From IMG/VR virus record IMGVR_UViG_3300023174_000053, positions 1 to 64,000 of that record: 64,000 nucleotides of DNA; one strand, given 5' to 3'. Numbering within the stretch: position 1 is the stretch's first letter; each line of letters starts with the position of its first letter. The notes under the pieces were generated by a model, which saw nothing but the letters and a program-made list of their open reading frames with translations, ran no database searches and was not told the origin of the DNA. Positions 10,643 to 21,375 of the stretch are shown one piece after another. Both the position numbers and the translations under genes were made by a program. This stretch comes from a virus.

Positions 10643-11545
10643 TTATTGAACTATTGCTGCTGTACCAAAAGAAGTATATTGTCTATTATCACCAGGATAA
10701 TCATTATAAGTTCCTTCATATTCTGGGATATTTTTATCTGTATCTGCTCTTTCACCATAAACAGTATAATAACAATTTACACCAGAACCACAATTATTTT
10801 TAATTAAAATCCTAGTTCCCCATTCAATCTTATCCACATACAATTCTTGATGTGTTCCAACTGGTGTTAAATTTACCGTAATTGTTTCTGGGTCTACTAA
10901 TCTTCTCCAATATTCTGGTAATTCAATTACATTTGAGTTATTCAGTCTTCCTCGTACATACACATCCGCACTTGGACCTTCAATACAAACGTGCCTCAAT
11001 CTCCACCCTTCTTTTGTTGGATGTGGAATATCGAATGGTTTTTTTGCAAAAACTAATCCATCACCACTAACACCAGCTAAAGTACCAGCTTTAGCAACAA
11101 TAGTGGTAAAAACTCCTGCTTGTGCTTGTATTAATGGGGTTGTAGTAACTGCCTGACAGACCTTTGGTCCTTGTGTTATTTGTACCGCAGCATTTGATTT
11201 GAGGGCAAAAATTGATTTGAATGCTGCTTGAATTTCAGCACCAATTTTACTAGTAAATCCAAAAATATTTGATACTGCTAAATCGTTTATAGTTCCTGCT
11301 GTATTTGTAATACCAGCAAAATTAGACATTCCAGTTACTTCAAGAGAAACAGGCACACCTTTTAATGGTGGTCCAATCATACAAGTTGCTCTCGCAACTC
11401 CAATCTGTGGAGTTAATCCAATATAACAAGGTCCATTTATAACTGCTGTTCCAGGAAAGACTTTATCATCAACAGTCGAAAAAGCCATATCTAGTTGTCC
11501 TACAAGTAGTTTTTCGCCTACATTAGCAATAGTTAAATCAGACAT
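10643..11545 (-). CDS. Baseplate hub/spike-associated protein (gp5 C-terminal-like)
   Basis: Beta-repeat region, then the KPFDIPHP...LRHVCIEGP...VYVRG C-terminal domain common in phage fibres and spikes; lies downstream of the gp5-like gene. Confidence 0.55.
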   Translation of the reverse strand: MSDLTIANVGEKLLVGQLDMAFSTVDDKVFPGTAVINGPCYIGLTPQIGVARATCMIGPPLKGVPVSLEVTGMSNFAGITNTAGTINDLAVSNIFGFTSKIGAEIQAAFKSIFALKSNAAVQITQGPKVCQAVTTTPLIQAQAGVFTTIVAKAGTLAGVSGDGLVFAKKPFDIPHPTKEGWRLRHVCIEGPSADVYVRGRLNNSNVIELPEYWRRLVDPETITVNLTPVGTHQELYVDKIEWGTRILIKNNCGSGVNCYYTVYGERADTDKNIPEYEGTYNDYPGDNRQYTSFGTAAIVQ

Positions 11546-11550
11546 AATTA

Positions 11551-12141
11551 TTATCCCTCTGGTTTGTTTTCACAAATAGAATTAAAGAAGTTTTTAAATC
11601 TTTTAATTGCATCTAATATTTGCCCCATTAATGAAGAATTATCTGTTTCAGCACCAGAACTTATATCTGGTGGTGTAGCACCGTGTACTGTAGTGGTACT
11701 TCCAGCAACACTAGCATTTTGAGCCGCAGCTAAAGTTACATTTGTTCCTTGTGTTGTTACGGTAGGAGCATTCGTAAGAATTTTTTTTGATGCTTGAATT
11801 GTAATTTCTCCTTCTGTACCATCAACACCAACAAGACGAATATTTTTTGCTTTAAGTGTTATAGTTCCATTTAATGCTTGAATAAGAATACTCCCATTTG
11901 TAGCATCAATAATTCTCGCAAATTCCTCTGGATTTTTAACCTTAAAACCAGATACTTCTTTTAATGTTCCATTAATAGCAAAATCACAATTTCCATTTTT
12001 ATACATATTAATTCCTTGTTTAGTTGGTGTTGATAATCCCAACTCTATATCACCATTTGCAAAACTTTTAGTTCCAGCTTCAAATCTGTACCAATCTGTT
12101 TGCGTTACTTGTTGATTTTCGTTACATCCACTCATACACAA
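11551..12141 (-). CDS. gp5 beta-helix-like baseplate protein
   Basis: I.I.A.NG.ITL.AKNI.L repeats; overlaps the stop of the gp5-like gene. Confidence 0.5.
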   Translation of the reverse strand: MCMSGCNENQQVTQTDWYRFEAGTKSFANGDIELGLSTPTKQGINMYKNGNCDFAINGTLKEVSGFKVKNPEEFARIIDATNGSILIQALNGTITLKAKNIRLVGVDGTEGEITIQASKKILTNAPTVTTQGTNVTLAAAQNASVAGSTTTVHGATPPDISSGAETDNSSLMGQILDAIKRFKNFFNSICENKPEG

Positions 12142-14990
12142 TCCACCACTGATGTTACAATTCCAGAAATTGCTGCTTGATTTACTTGATCTTGATTGAT
12201 CGTAGTATATGTTGGAGTAAACCTCATAATTGGGATAACATCCGCAGCAATTCCTGTTCTGGTATTTATAGTTAATGTGGGTGTTGTTTCAAATCCACAA
12301 ATTGGATTTGTAAGTGGTTGAATACCAATAATCGCACCAGAACCAGGAGTTACTATTGGAATATAAGTATTCTTACCATCTGTGATTGTATCCCCAGTTG
12401 TATAACCATATCCAGGAGCAGTCACAATTATATCCCGAACACAAGCAGTCACATCACTACCTATTCCTGGTTTTGGTTTATTTGGATCAATTATTGGTTT
12501 GATTAATACCGAAACTAAAGACAATTTGTTATTAAGGGATAGTTTAAATATTTCACTAGCTTTAAGTATCCCTTCATTTGTATCGATATTGATTTTTGAT
12601 TGATTGTTCAAAACAGTAAAAGAACCACTTAATGATTGATTTTTCAACAATCCATCTGTTATGCCAGTAATTGTATATGGAACTATTGTATCATTTTCGA
12701 CATTTTGTGTTACCAAATTGACAACAAAAGATTGACCTTCTGTAATTACAGATTTTGATGAAGTCAAATAATATTGTTGTTTTCCTGTTTGTGGTTTGTT
12801 TAATTTATTAATAAAAATTTCTACCGACTTATTATATTCTGGTAATGAGAATTTCAATACTTTAGAAGTATCAATTACATCTTTAAATGTATCAATAGTA
12901 ATTGAAGATTTATTATCCCCAACAGTAAGATTTCCAGTTAAACTTTGATTGATTGCTTTATTGCTTATTCCTGTAATTTCATATTCAATTGGTGTGTTGT
13001 CTAATATGTTTTCACTAGTTGTATTAATATCAAAACTATCACCTTCATTAATTGCATTTTTTGTTGAAGTAAGATTTATACTTGTCGTAATACCAGGGTT
13101 ATTTGGGTCAAAAAGATTTGTATAATTTCCAGGACAATACCCAGACCCTACATCAGTCAAATAAATTGAAGTTATAGAACCATCTACAATAATTGCTTTT
13201 GCATATGCTCCAGTTCCATATCCTGAATTATCAACAATAGAAATCGTCGGTGGAATTGTATATCCAACACCACTACTTAATATTTCAACTGAAAATATTG
13301 ATCCAGTACTATCCACAATTGGAATAGCACTTGCACCCACACCATCTCCAAAAATATTAACAATTGGTGGAATACAAGTAGAATACTTTGACCCAACTGG
13401 TAATGGGACAATATCATATTGACTTGTTGGATTTTGAACTTTTTGATTACATTGACTAAATGCATCATTAAACACCCCAGTTATTCCAGCATAAAGTGGA
13501 GTTTCACCTAAAGCATCTTCAATTGAACCCAACCCATCACTTACACCTTTAAATACATTCACACTACCAACCATTTTTTCCCAATCATCTGCATCTTTTT
13601 CACTTGGGCCAAATTTGGAAGCCCATACACTTGGAGCTTTACAAGCAAGACCAGTACATTCAAGAAAACTAAAAATTTGTGATGCTAATGAATTTGCATA
13701 ATTTAAAATTCCAGAAACAGTCTTAATACCACCAGTCAACCAACCAATTCCAGACATAATAGTGGAAAGTGCATTTTCAATACTATCCATTACTTTTGCT
13801 AAAATTCCAGCAGTCCATTGCTCTACTGCACATATTGGGGCATTAATTGTATTTGCTGCTAAATCACCAAGCAATCCTTCGATATAATCAATAATTCCAC
13901 CAGGTAGTTTTTCAAGAATACAAAAAATAATATCCAAATATCTTTTCATCGCTTCCAAAATAATTTTTTGTTGCGAAAGTGGAACTTTTATAGCAACAAG
14001 TTTTCTAAAAGCCCAAGTAATACATTTGAAAATTGTATTTCTTAAATTATTAATAATTAACTTTACAATTCCACCAATTTGTCTAGCACAATTTTTAATT
14101 GAATTTCCAATATCTACAATTTCATTTAATACTGGATCAATAAAAGCACCCAAATACTGATCCAATCCATTTGTAATTGCGATAAAATCTTGAAGTACTT
14201 GTGTAATTTGACCAATTAAATTATTTTCACACCCATTCACTCCAATATAAGTTTTATCACATTTTTTTTCTATACCATAAGTTGATTGAGCCTGACAGAC
14301 CAATTTATCCCCAAATAAATTTAATTTGGGATCAAATGCGTTGATATTTGTTGTAAATCCTTTTACACTATCCCAAGAAACACTGTTTTTTGGAACACCA
14401 CTAGTATCAAGTCCTAAGTCAAGATTTGCTGCATCAGCAAAAGAAATTGGTATTGGTGAAGTTTCTGCGGATTGTTCGTTTCTTTGTTCTGTAGTTGTAG
14501 TTTGATCTATTTCTTTATTTTGTCTTACTTCTCTTTGTGTTGATTGTACTTTATTTCCAGGATGACCAGTAAATGGTTTAAATCCTGAACTCATATCTGC
14601 TTTTACATTCTGCTCACTAATTAAATTCTTAACTCCATCACTTCTATGAAGAAGACCAAGAACTACTGGTTGTTGTGCGTCATCACCATCCAAGAAAAAA
14701 CCAAAGCAAGTTTCTCCACCTTTTAAATCTAATGTTTTTCCTGTTCCACCTTGAGCACTACCAAAGGCAGGATCAATCATTACCTGTGCCCAAGGCAAAT
14801 CTTCATCACTTAAAACAGAACCAGAAAAGGGATGATAACCAATAATTCTTACTTTACAACGATAGTTCCAATCACCATTGAAATAATCTGCTGCCTTTTT
14901 CCAATAATCTGGATGTGCGACTTGGCCTATCCACCAACTGAAACCATCCTTTCCAATATAATTGGATTTTAATAAAGCCTCTTCAATCAT
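12132..14990 (-). CDS. gp5: Baseplate hub subunit, gp5-like (OB-fold N-terminus)
   Basis: GFSWWIGQV...RCKVRIIGYH...LPWA...GFFLDGDDAQQPVVLG matches the gp5 N-terminal signature. Confidence 0.8.
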   Translation of the reverse strand: MIEEALLKSNYIGKDGFSWWIGQVAHPDYWKKAADYFNGDWNYRCKVRIIGYHPFSGSVLSDEDLPWAQVMIDPAFGSAQGGTGKTLDLKGGETCFGFFLDGDDAQQPVVLGLLHRSDGVKNLISEQNVKADMSSGFKPFTGHPGNKVQSTQREVRQNKEIDQTTTTEQRNEQSAETSPIPISFADAANLDLGLDTSGVPKNSVSWDSVKGFTTNINAFDPKLNLFGDKLVCQAQSTYGIEKKCDKTYIGVNGCENNLIGQITQVLQDFIAITNGLDQYLGAFIDPVLNEIVDIGNSIKNCARQIGGIVKLIINNLRNTIFKCITWAFRKLVAIKVPLSQQKIILEAMKRYLDIIFCILEKLPGGIIDYIEGLLGDLAANTINAPICAVEQWTAGILAKVMDSIENALSTIMSGIGWLTGGIKTVSGILNYANSLASQIFSFLECTGLACKAPSVWASKFGPSEKDADDWEKMVGSVNVFKGVSDGLGSIEDALGETPLYAGITGVFNDAFSQCNQKVQNPTSQYDIVPLPVGSKYSTCIPPIVNIFGDGVGASAIPIVDSTGSIFSVEILSSGVGYTIPPTISIVDNSGYGTGAYAKAIIVDGSITSIYLTDVGSGYCPGNYTNLFDPNNPGITTSINLTSTKNAINEGDSFDINTTSENILDNTPIEYEITGISNKAINQSLTGNLTVGDNKSSITIDTFKDVIDTSKVLKFSLPEYNKSVEIFINKLNKPQTGKQQYYLTSSKSVITEGQSFVVNLVTQNVENDTIVPYTITGITDGLLKNQSLSGSFTVLNNQSKINIDTNEGILKASEIFKLSLNNKLSLVSVLIKPIIDPNKPKPGIGSDVTACVRDIIVTAPGYGYTTGDTITDGKNTYIPIVTPGSGAIIGIQPLTNPICGFETTPTLTINTRTGIAADVIPIMRFTPTYTTINQDQVNQAAISGIVTSVVDCV

Positions 14991-15192
14991 CGTAAATTCT
15001 ACACTCCAGTGCGTGTGGGTTTAAATCACAAAATAATTCTAATACACTTGGAATACCAATAGCATCAGGATTGTTCTTTTGGTATTCTAAAAGTTCTTCT
15101 AGATATGCATTTAAATATCTTTTTCTTTGTTTATTTGATGAGGATGTTTCTAGTTCCTCACAAATATCGTTAATAAGTTCTTGCAGTTCCAT
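14983..15192 (-). CDS. cp12: CP12 Calvin-cycle inhibitor
   Basis: C-terminal LELFCDLNPHALECRIYDD is the CP12 C-x8-C-xxYDD motif. Confidence 0.85.
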   Translation of the reverse strand: MELQELINDICEELETSSSNKQRKRYLNAYLEELLEYQKNNPDAIGIPSVLELFCDLNPHALECRIYDD

Positions 15193-15197
15193 TTCTC

Positions 15198-16487
15198 TTA
15201 TTTATTTGAACTATAAAGACCGTAACTATCACGAAGCAATCTTAAACTTGTAACCATTTGTCCACCCTCAAAATGATGTCTTAATTCTTTAATTAAATAA
15301 TATCCACTTTGCTCTTCATCTGATGTCATATTTGTATTTCTATCTATTCGTGGAAACTCTGCGTGAATAATTCCACCAACCTTCAAATTAACATTACAAG
15401 GAACAACCATATTTAGTGCCTGTGTGAACAATAAATTGTACCGAGAATAAGACATAGCCATATCAGCACCACTTCTCAACTTATCACTCACTGAACCATC
15501 TGGTTTTAATGCTCCCCTATCTGATGTTCTCACCATAATACGAGAAATACTATCACCAAATTCATCAGATACGGCAATACTTTCAGCACCGCCCAATTTA
15601 TTCTTAACTTGGTCTTTTACTTTATAAGTATACAAATCCAAAGTATTGGAATACAAATCATAAAAATAAGTTTTATTCACATACATACCAACTCTTAATG
15701 ATTTCATTAAGTCAATATTCTTTTCATAATTATAATTTAATATATTAAAATTAGTTTTTGCCTGGTTTTCCTCAATTACCTGTGTAAAAAGATAATATGG
15801 TATATTTTCTTTATCGGCACTATTAGTTTGTATCTTTGTACTTGAAACTAAACTATCAATACTTCTAAAATTAAATCCATCTTTGTTTTCATAAAATAAG
15901 AAACCAGCAGTTCCCCTTGCTTCTTCACCAGAAGTTCCCGAATTTTGTCCGTTTGCTGGAACTGCTTTTGGACCTAACCAAGTTAAAATGTGAAATGGTT
16001 TGCGATTATTTCCAATAAAAGAATAATCATTTGATGTTCCTTCTATATTTTCACTCTTATACTTTTTAGTCTTCAAATCATCTTTAAGAATTTTAGTTAC
16101 GGTAGTTTGTAAATTTCCTCTATAAATTGTTTGACACCTTGAAGTTTCATTTGTTAATCCTTCACGAGAAACAAGATTCAAAGTAAACATTTCATTTGAA
16201 TGTTGTGCATCAAGATTGCTGACTTTATAAACATATAAGTCATCAAGCACAAATTCACCAAAAGCAGTATCAACACTAATTGTAACTTTCTCTCCACCAC
16301 GAATTGGTAAGATGTTAAACAAAGACGAACTATTGATTAGTTGTGCGATAGCAGTAACACAAGGAGATAAAATATCTTCAAAATAATCAAAGAACAAACA
16401 AGAGTTTGTAACATCAACAGTTGTCTTGCCATCCAAAGTTTGAATGGTAAAATAATTTGGTTTAAATGCGCCTACTGCTGCTGCCAT
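15198..16487 (-). CDS. Baseplate hub protein (gp27-like)
   Basis: YFEDILSP, FLFYENKDGFNFRSID and SGYYLIKELRH motifs; position in the baseplate block. Confidence 0.6.
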   Translation of the reverse strand: MAAAVGAFKPNYFTIQTLDGKTTVDVTNSCLFFDYFEDILSPCVTAIAQLINSSSLFNILPIRGGEKVTISVDTAFGEFVLDDLYVYKVSNLDAQHSNEMFTLNLVSREGLTNETSRCQTIYRGNLQTTVTKILKDDLKTKKYKSENIEGTSNDYSFIGNNRKPFHILTWLGPKAVPANGQNSGTSGEEARGTAGFLFYENKDGFNFRSIDSLVSSTKIQTNSADKENIPYYLFTQVIEENQAKTNFNILNYNYEKNIDLMKSLRVGMYVNKTYFYDLYSNTLDLYTYKVKDQVKNKLGGAESIAVSDEFGDSISRIMVRTSDRGALKPDGSVSDKLRSGADMAMSYSRYNLLFTQALNMVVPCNVNLKVGGIIHAEFPRIDRNTNMTSDEEQSGYYLIKELRHHFEGGQMVTSLRLLRDSYGLYSSNK

Positions 16488-18613
16488 TACGTTGCGGAAA
16501 GATTAGTGAGTAACATTGTTTTCATAAGACTATTTACCACTTGACCTTCAGATGGTCCAGGCATAATCACAGTTCCACCACCTCCACCCCCTCCAACGGG
16601 AATATAGACGGGTCTTTGTTGTCCTCCACCACCTCCACCCATCATTATAGGCATTACAGTCATACTTGATTGTGGTTGATTATAAGATGGATAAGTTTGT
16701 ATTTGAGGTACTGGTGGGGCAGCAGCAGGAACAACTTGTGCTTGTGGTGCTGGTTGTACTATTGCTTGTATAGCAGTTAATTGCTTATTATATGCCGCAG
16801 CATCAGCAGGATGTACATTATCTGCTCCTGGAGTAAATCCACCACCAAACTTTACAAATCCAGGGTATTTTGCTGCTAATGCAGCAAGTTCTTTATTTGC
16901 TTGTATTTGGTCTTTTCTATTTCCAGATTTAGCAGTTCCTGACAATAAAACAGAAGCAGCACCCATATACTTCAATAATTCAAGTTGCTTTTGAACATTT
17001 CCAATATCTTTTACATTATTTGCAAGTCCAGAAGATAACTCAACTGTATTTCCTTTTATTCTTCCATTTTGGTTCAGTTCATTAATATATCCCATCACTT
17101 TATCTGGAGAAGCACCAACAACTGCCTTTCCTTTTTTTCCAGTCGCATCCATTTGTCCCTTTGCAATACTATCACCAATTACTACATTTTCCTTTCCTTG
17201 TTTTATTCCTGCCGTAATATCTTCTGCTTGTTGAGTTGAACTTTTTATGATCTTTGCTTCATCAGTTTTTTTGGAACCTTTCATTCCATGACCAACAAAA
17301 GCATTAGTACCCATAATTCTAGCAGCGTTTCCAAATCCATGAACACTAGAAACAACATCCCCAACAGGTAGGGGCATTCTTAATCCAGGTGCTCCAGCTA
17401 TGTCAAGACCACCCCAAGAACCACCACCACTTCTATTTGCATGTGCGTTCTGTTCTTTTTCCACATATTTCATCAAGGTATCATCATCCAATTTAGATCC
17501 AGGATTAACATCAATTCCAGCATTGGTGAATCTGAAATATTTTTTTCTCTGCATAAGAGATTTTGCAACTTTAAAGGCAGCTTCTCTTGCATCTTTTTTT
17601 CCTTGTTCTGTTGTTTTGCCAACCCACTTGTCTCCTACTGGATCATATAATTCTGTCGGTCCTATATGAAAATGTGGTCCTGTTGATTGTCCTGTTGATC
17701 CTTGAATAAAAGTTCCTTCTCCATCTAGTGTAAGATTTTCACCACTTGGAGTGTTGCCTTGGTTTTGGGAGGCATTTGGATCAATATTTTCACCATATTG
17801 TTCCCCAGAAGCATCCCCCATAGTCTGTTCTGTACCTGAGAATAAACTTAATTTGACAATTCCCCTTTCAAATTTACCAACTGCTTGGTCAAATTTAGTT
17901 ATGGAATCAGCAAAAGATCCAGAACCACCAGTAAGTGTTTTTTGTTTTGCTTCTTGTCCTTTTAATTTTTCAGAAAGTTTTTGTTTAAGGGCACTTCCAC
18001 CTTCATATACCCTATCAGCAGCATATCCACCAAGAAAACTACCAGCCATACTTCCAACAACAAAACCAAGTCCAGGAATAGGAATAAGTGTTTGACCAAT
18101 TGCTCCTCCAAGAAGACTACCAGCAAGTGCTCCACCTGCTCCTGCTGCTGATTTTCCTACACTTTCACCTTCCGCAAGACCAGTCGCAAAATCAAGTCCA
18201 GCAAAGAGTGCATTACCAACACCAACTGCTCTCATACCACCCAATTTTAATTTTGGTCCTTTAATTGTTGGTTTTGGTGGTTTTAATTTTGGTGGTCTTT
18301 GTGGTTTTCCAAATTTTCCTCTACCTGGAAACATATTACCAACAAATCCACCAAGGTCTAATGCTCCACTAAACAAAGAACCTAATAGATTTCCTGGTCT
18401 TCCAAAATTACTTGCGATATTTAAACTCGCAAGTGCTCTTATTTTTTTCTTGTCTGGTAGTTTTAATTTTTCTAATGACTTTTTTTCTACTTCTAAAAAT
18501 TTACCAAAATCTTTATACTCACGTTGAAATCTCGGTAAGGAGTTTGACCTTGAACCAAGTGAAACAATATTATTTGCCGCAGCAACTAATGGAGAAGAAA
18601 GTGTTTTTTTCAT
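16487..18613 (-). CDS. Tail/baseplate structural protein (tape-measure-like) with an M23-like motif and an SGNH-hydrolase-like domain
   Basis: Gly/Ala-rich hydrophobic segment; GSTGQSTGPHFHI; VVIGDSIAKG ... GLANN ... DNVHP. Confidence 0.55.
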   Translation of the reverse strand: MKKTLSSPLVAAANNIVSLGSRSNSLPRFQREYKDFGKFLEVEKKSLEKLKLPDKKKIRALASLNIASNFGRPGNLLGSLFSGALDLGGFVGNMFPGRGKFGKPQRPPKLKPPKPTIKGPKLKLGGMRAVGVGNALFAGLDFATGLAEGESVGKSAAGAGGALAGSLLGGAIGQTLIPIPGLGFVVGSMAGSFLGGYAADRVYEGGSALKQKLSEKLKGQEAKQKTLTGGSGSFADSITKFDQAVGKFERGIVKLSLFSGTEQTMGDASGEQYGENIDPNASQNQGNTPSGENLTLDGEGTFIQGSTGQSTGPHFHIGPTELYDPVGDKWVGKTTEQGKKDAREAAFKVAKSLMQRKKYFRFTNAGIDVNPGSKLDDDTLMKYVEKEQNAHANRSGGGSWGGLDIAGAPGLRMPLPVGDVVSSVHGFGNAARIMGTNAFVGHGMKGSKKTDEAKIIKSSTQQAEDITAGIKQGKENVVIGDSIAKGQMDATGKKGKAVVGASPDKVMGYINELNQNGRIKGNTVELSSGLANNVKDIGNVQKQLELLKYMGAASVLLSGTAKSGNRKDQIQANKELAALAAKYPGFVKFGGGFTPGADNVHPADAAAYNKQLTAIQAIVQPAPQAQVVPAAAPPVPQIQTYPSYNQPQSSMTVMPIMMGGGGGGQQRPVYIPVGGGGGGGTVIMPGPSEGQVVNSLMKTMLLTNLSAT

Positions 18614-20448
18614 TATCCGTCAACGATATTATAGACCATTCTAGAATAAAGAACTAAGAAATTATTAGGATTTCCTGCTGGTAAAAATGAAACTGATGGA
18701 CCACTACCTTGCGAACCCCCTCCACCTCCACCTCCACTACTGCCTCCTCCTGATTGTTGTTGTCTTCCACCACTCATATCAATAGGAAGATAATTTACTT
18801 GTGGTTGAGATTGTGCTGTTTGAGAAACTGCTGCTGCTCTTTGTGCTACTTGAGTTTGTGCTGTTTTTGCTGCTTCTACTTGTGCTGCTTGTGCTTGTGG
18901 TGTTGCTGCTACTTGTACTCCTGGTTTTTGTGCTGCTTGTGCTTGTGCTGCTTGTGCTTGTGCTGCTTGTGCTTGTGCTGCTTGTGCTTGTGGTGATTGT
19001 GTAGATTTTTTAAGTTCTCCTGTCTTGTGTAATTGGTTGTAAGTTAATTGTATATCTTTAGATCTGGATTGATATTCTGAAGATGATGGGTTATCATAAC
19101 CTAAAAATCTCTCTCCTCCAAAAAATGCATTTTGGACTTGTTTGAGATCAGTAGATTTTTGTGCTGCTTTGATTGCTGGAGTTGCTTGGTCCTTCTCAGT
19201 TTCAGTAAAATATTGTATTTGCAATGCAAGTGCTTTCTTTTGTAGTTGTTTATCGTTTCGTCTTGGATCTTTTGAATTTGTAAAAATTGCTTTTGCATTT
19301 GGAATTCCATTTGCTTCCAAATATTTTATCATTTGGTCCCCTCTTCCGGCACGAAATTGAAAAGTTCCATATGAAGGGGCTCCCATATCATTTGGATTAT
19401 ATGCAAAAGGATTTCCTCCAGATTCGTGACTTACTTGAGTCAATAACCCCGCAGTAAATTGTTCTGAAAATCCTTTTTGTTGTGCATATTCAATTACTCC
19501 CTTTTTTCCACTAGAACTTAAATCGGGTGTAGATCCTGGTGGAGTTTCTCCTGGTGCTGGTCCTGCTGATGGGGCACCTTTTTCTTTTTTCTCTCCTTTA
19601 CCACCAGAAGATTGTTGCTGCTGCTGCTGCTTTGATTTTTGTTTGTTAGTTTCAAATAACTTACTAATTGCATTTGCAAATCTATCAACAATTGAAGAAA
19701 ACCTATCAGCAATATCCCCAGGAATTTCTGGTGATGTTCCTGCTGCTTGTACTTGTGGACTATCAGAAAGAGCATTCACCGCACCAGCACCAGCAGCACC
19801 AAGTCCTAATGCACCAGCACCAAGAGCAAGCATTTTCCCTTTACCTTTCATCATTCTTCCAAGTCCTCTTGGGGCAGATTTCTTCAATCCACCACCAGGA
19901 ATATCAACATCAAGGTTCAATCCTCCACCACCAGAAGGTGAAGCAACAGGAAGATTAGATAATTGTTTTACGATTTTAATTATAACTTGACGAATTAATT
20001 TCGCAACCTCAAAACTTTCAGTAAATGATTTTTTAAGTGCTTCTAAATTATCTCTTACCTTATCAATATTTTTTTTATTACCAAAGAAGTTTATAAAACC
20101 TAATGCAGTATTATAAACATTTAAAAACTTACCAAGAATTCCAATTGGTTTTGCATCATCTACTTGTTTTAGTCTTCTTTGATAATCAGCAGAAAATCCT
20201 TGAAGTGTTTTGTTAATTGTGCTCGTTACATTATTATTAATATTTGTAGATATTGTGCTTACAATACTACCTGTTGCCGAAGGTGCTGGTTGAACTCCTG
20301 TTCTTTGAAACCCTACAATTTTATTCGCAGCACCATTCACAACAGAAGCACCAAGTACAGAACCACCCGAAATAAAGTTCTGTGCTGCTGCTTTATTTGT
20401 ATTCTGTCTTCCTACTACTTTTTCTGGACTAAGAACAGAACTAACCAT
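18613..20448 (-). CDS. Tail structural protein with a phage-tail-lysozyme-like domain
   Basis: AGLLTQVSHESGGNP...SYGTFQF motif; Q/A-rich linker. Confidence 0.6.
   Translation of the reverse strand: MVSSVLSPEKVVGRQNTNKAAAQNFISGGSVLGASVVNGAANKIVGFQRTGVQPAPSATGSIVSTISTNINNNVTSTINKTLQGFSADYQRRLKQVDDAKPIGILGKFLNVYNTALGFINFFGNKKNIDKVRDNLEALKKSFTESFEVAKLIRQVIIKIVKQLSNLPVASPSGGGGLNLDVDIPGGGLKKSAPRGLGRMMKGKGKMLALGAGALGLGAAGAGAVNALSDSPQVQAAGTSPEIPGDIADRFSSIVDRFANAISKLFETNKQKSKQQQQQQSSGGKGEKKEKGAPSAGPAPGETPPGSTPDLSSSGKKGVIEYAQQKGFSEQFTAGLLTQVSHESGGNPFAYNPNDMGAPSYGTFQFRAGRGDQMIKYLEANGIPNAKAIFTNSKDPRRNDKQLQKKALALQIQYFTETEKDQATPAIKAAQKSTDLKQVQNAFFGGERFLGYDNPSSSEYQSRSKDIQLTYNQLHKTGELKKSTQSPQAQAAQAQAAQAQAAQAQAAQKPGVQVAATPQAQAAQVEAAKTAQTQVAQRAAAVSQTAQSQPQVNYLPIDMSGGRQQQSGGGSSGGGGGGGSQGSGPSVSFLPAGNPNNFLVLYSRMVYNIVDG
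18929..18990. repeat. 15-nt tandem repeat encoding AQAAQ
   Basis: About four copies of tgtgctgcttgtgct. Confidence 0.85.
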
Positions 20449-20620
20449 TTTGTTGTTGCTGCTGTTTTAATTTTTCTTCTTCAATATGTTGCTGTAAAAG
20501 TGCTAAGTAGATGTCCCTTTCCCAAGGCATCATATTTTCAATCTCAGTTAATGAATATTTATGGAACTGCATTAAGGCAAAATTGATTCTAAAATATGAC
20601 TCTAGTTCCATATGAGCCAT
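20441..20620 (-). CDS. gp51: Baseplate hub assembly catalyst gp51
   Basis: Below the ORF-track cut-off. Manual translation: MAHMELESYFRINFALMQFHKYSLTEIENMMPWERDIYLALL... Confidence 0.8.
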   Translation of the reverse strand: MAHMELESYFRINFALMQFHKYSLTEIENMMPWERDIYLALLQQHIEEEKLKQQQQQNG

Positions 20621-20622
20621 AC

Positions 20623-21351
20623 TTAACCGAAAAAAGATGTTAAACCCTCCAACGTCACATCACTTTCAACTTTAGTTTTTGGATTTATAACTTTCACAGT
20701 ATGAGAAAGTCTAGGCATCGTATCAAAGAACTTCTCAATTTCCTTAAACTGATTTGGGGTTAAAGTTTCAATCCAATCAGTCAATTCTTTTTTGGTGGAA
20801 TCAGCAGCAGACCAACTTTCTTCTGCATTAAAAATAACATCAATACAAGAAGAGATTATATCAAAAGACCTATCAATACTTGATGAACTTTGTTCTGCAC
20901 TAAAATCAAAATTAGTTTTAATGAATTGGTCTAATGAAGGATACTTCATTCTCAAAACCAAATCAGTATCAAGTTGAATATCCCTCTTATGTTCTGGGTC
21001 TTCTTCAACTTTAATTTGGTCTATAAAAACTGTAATTGGAACTTGTGTTTCTCCATCATCACCACAAGTTATAATCAAGTCAAGACTTTCTCCAACTGAC
21101 TTACCACGAACATTTAAGAAAATATACTCAATATCAAAAGTAGGTAGTTCTTCTACTTTAATACCTTTGGTTACAATACAATCTTTTAATACTTGTTTGA
21201 TTGCATTTGTAATTTCTTTTGTGCTTTGACTTTCAAGAGCAAGAATCAATATCTTCTCTTCTTTGACTAGAAATGGTCTGTATTTAATTGTTTTTCCAGT
21301 TGATGGTAAAACCAATTCATACGTTGGTGTAGAAATCTTAGGTAATGGCAT
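20623..21351 (-). CDS. gp26: Baseplate hub subunit gp26
   Basis: MPLPKI.TPTYEL.LPSTGK.IKYRPFLVKEEK...FDIEYIFL..RGKSVGE. Confidence 0.9.
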   Translation of the reverse strand: MPLPKISTPTYELVLPSTGKTIKYRPFLVKEEKILILALESQSTKEITNAIKQVLKDCIVTKGIKVEELPTFDIEYIFLNVRGKSVGESLDLIITCGDDGETQVPITVFIDQIKVEEDPEHKRDIQLDTDLVLRMKYPSLDQFIKTNFDFSAEQSSSSIDRSFDIISSCIDVIFNAEESWSAADSTKKELTDWIETLTPNQFKEIEKFFDTMPRLSHTVKVINPKTKVESDVTLEGLTSFFG

Positions 21352-21375
21352 AATTTATTCAGTTATTAAATTTAT

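Noticed and set aside
18754-19004. Cys-rich and Leu/Val-rich ORFs on the plus strand
   Set aside because: They are antisense shadows of the AQAAQ repeat.
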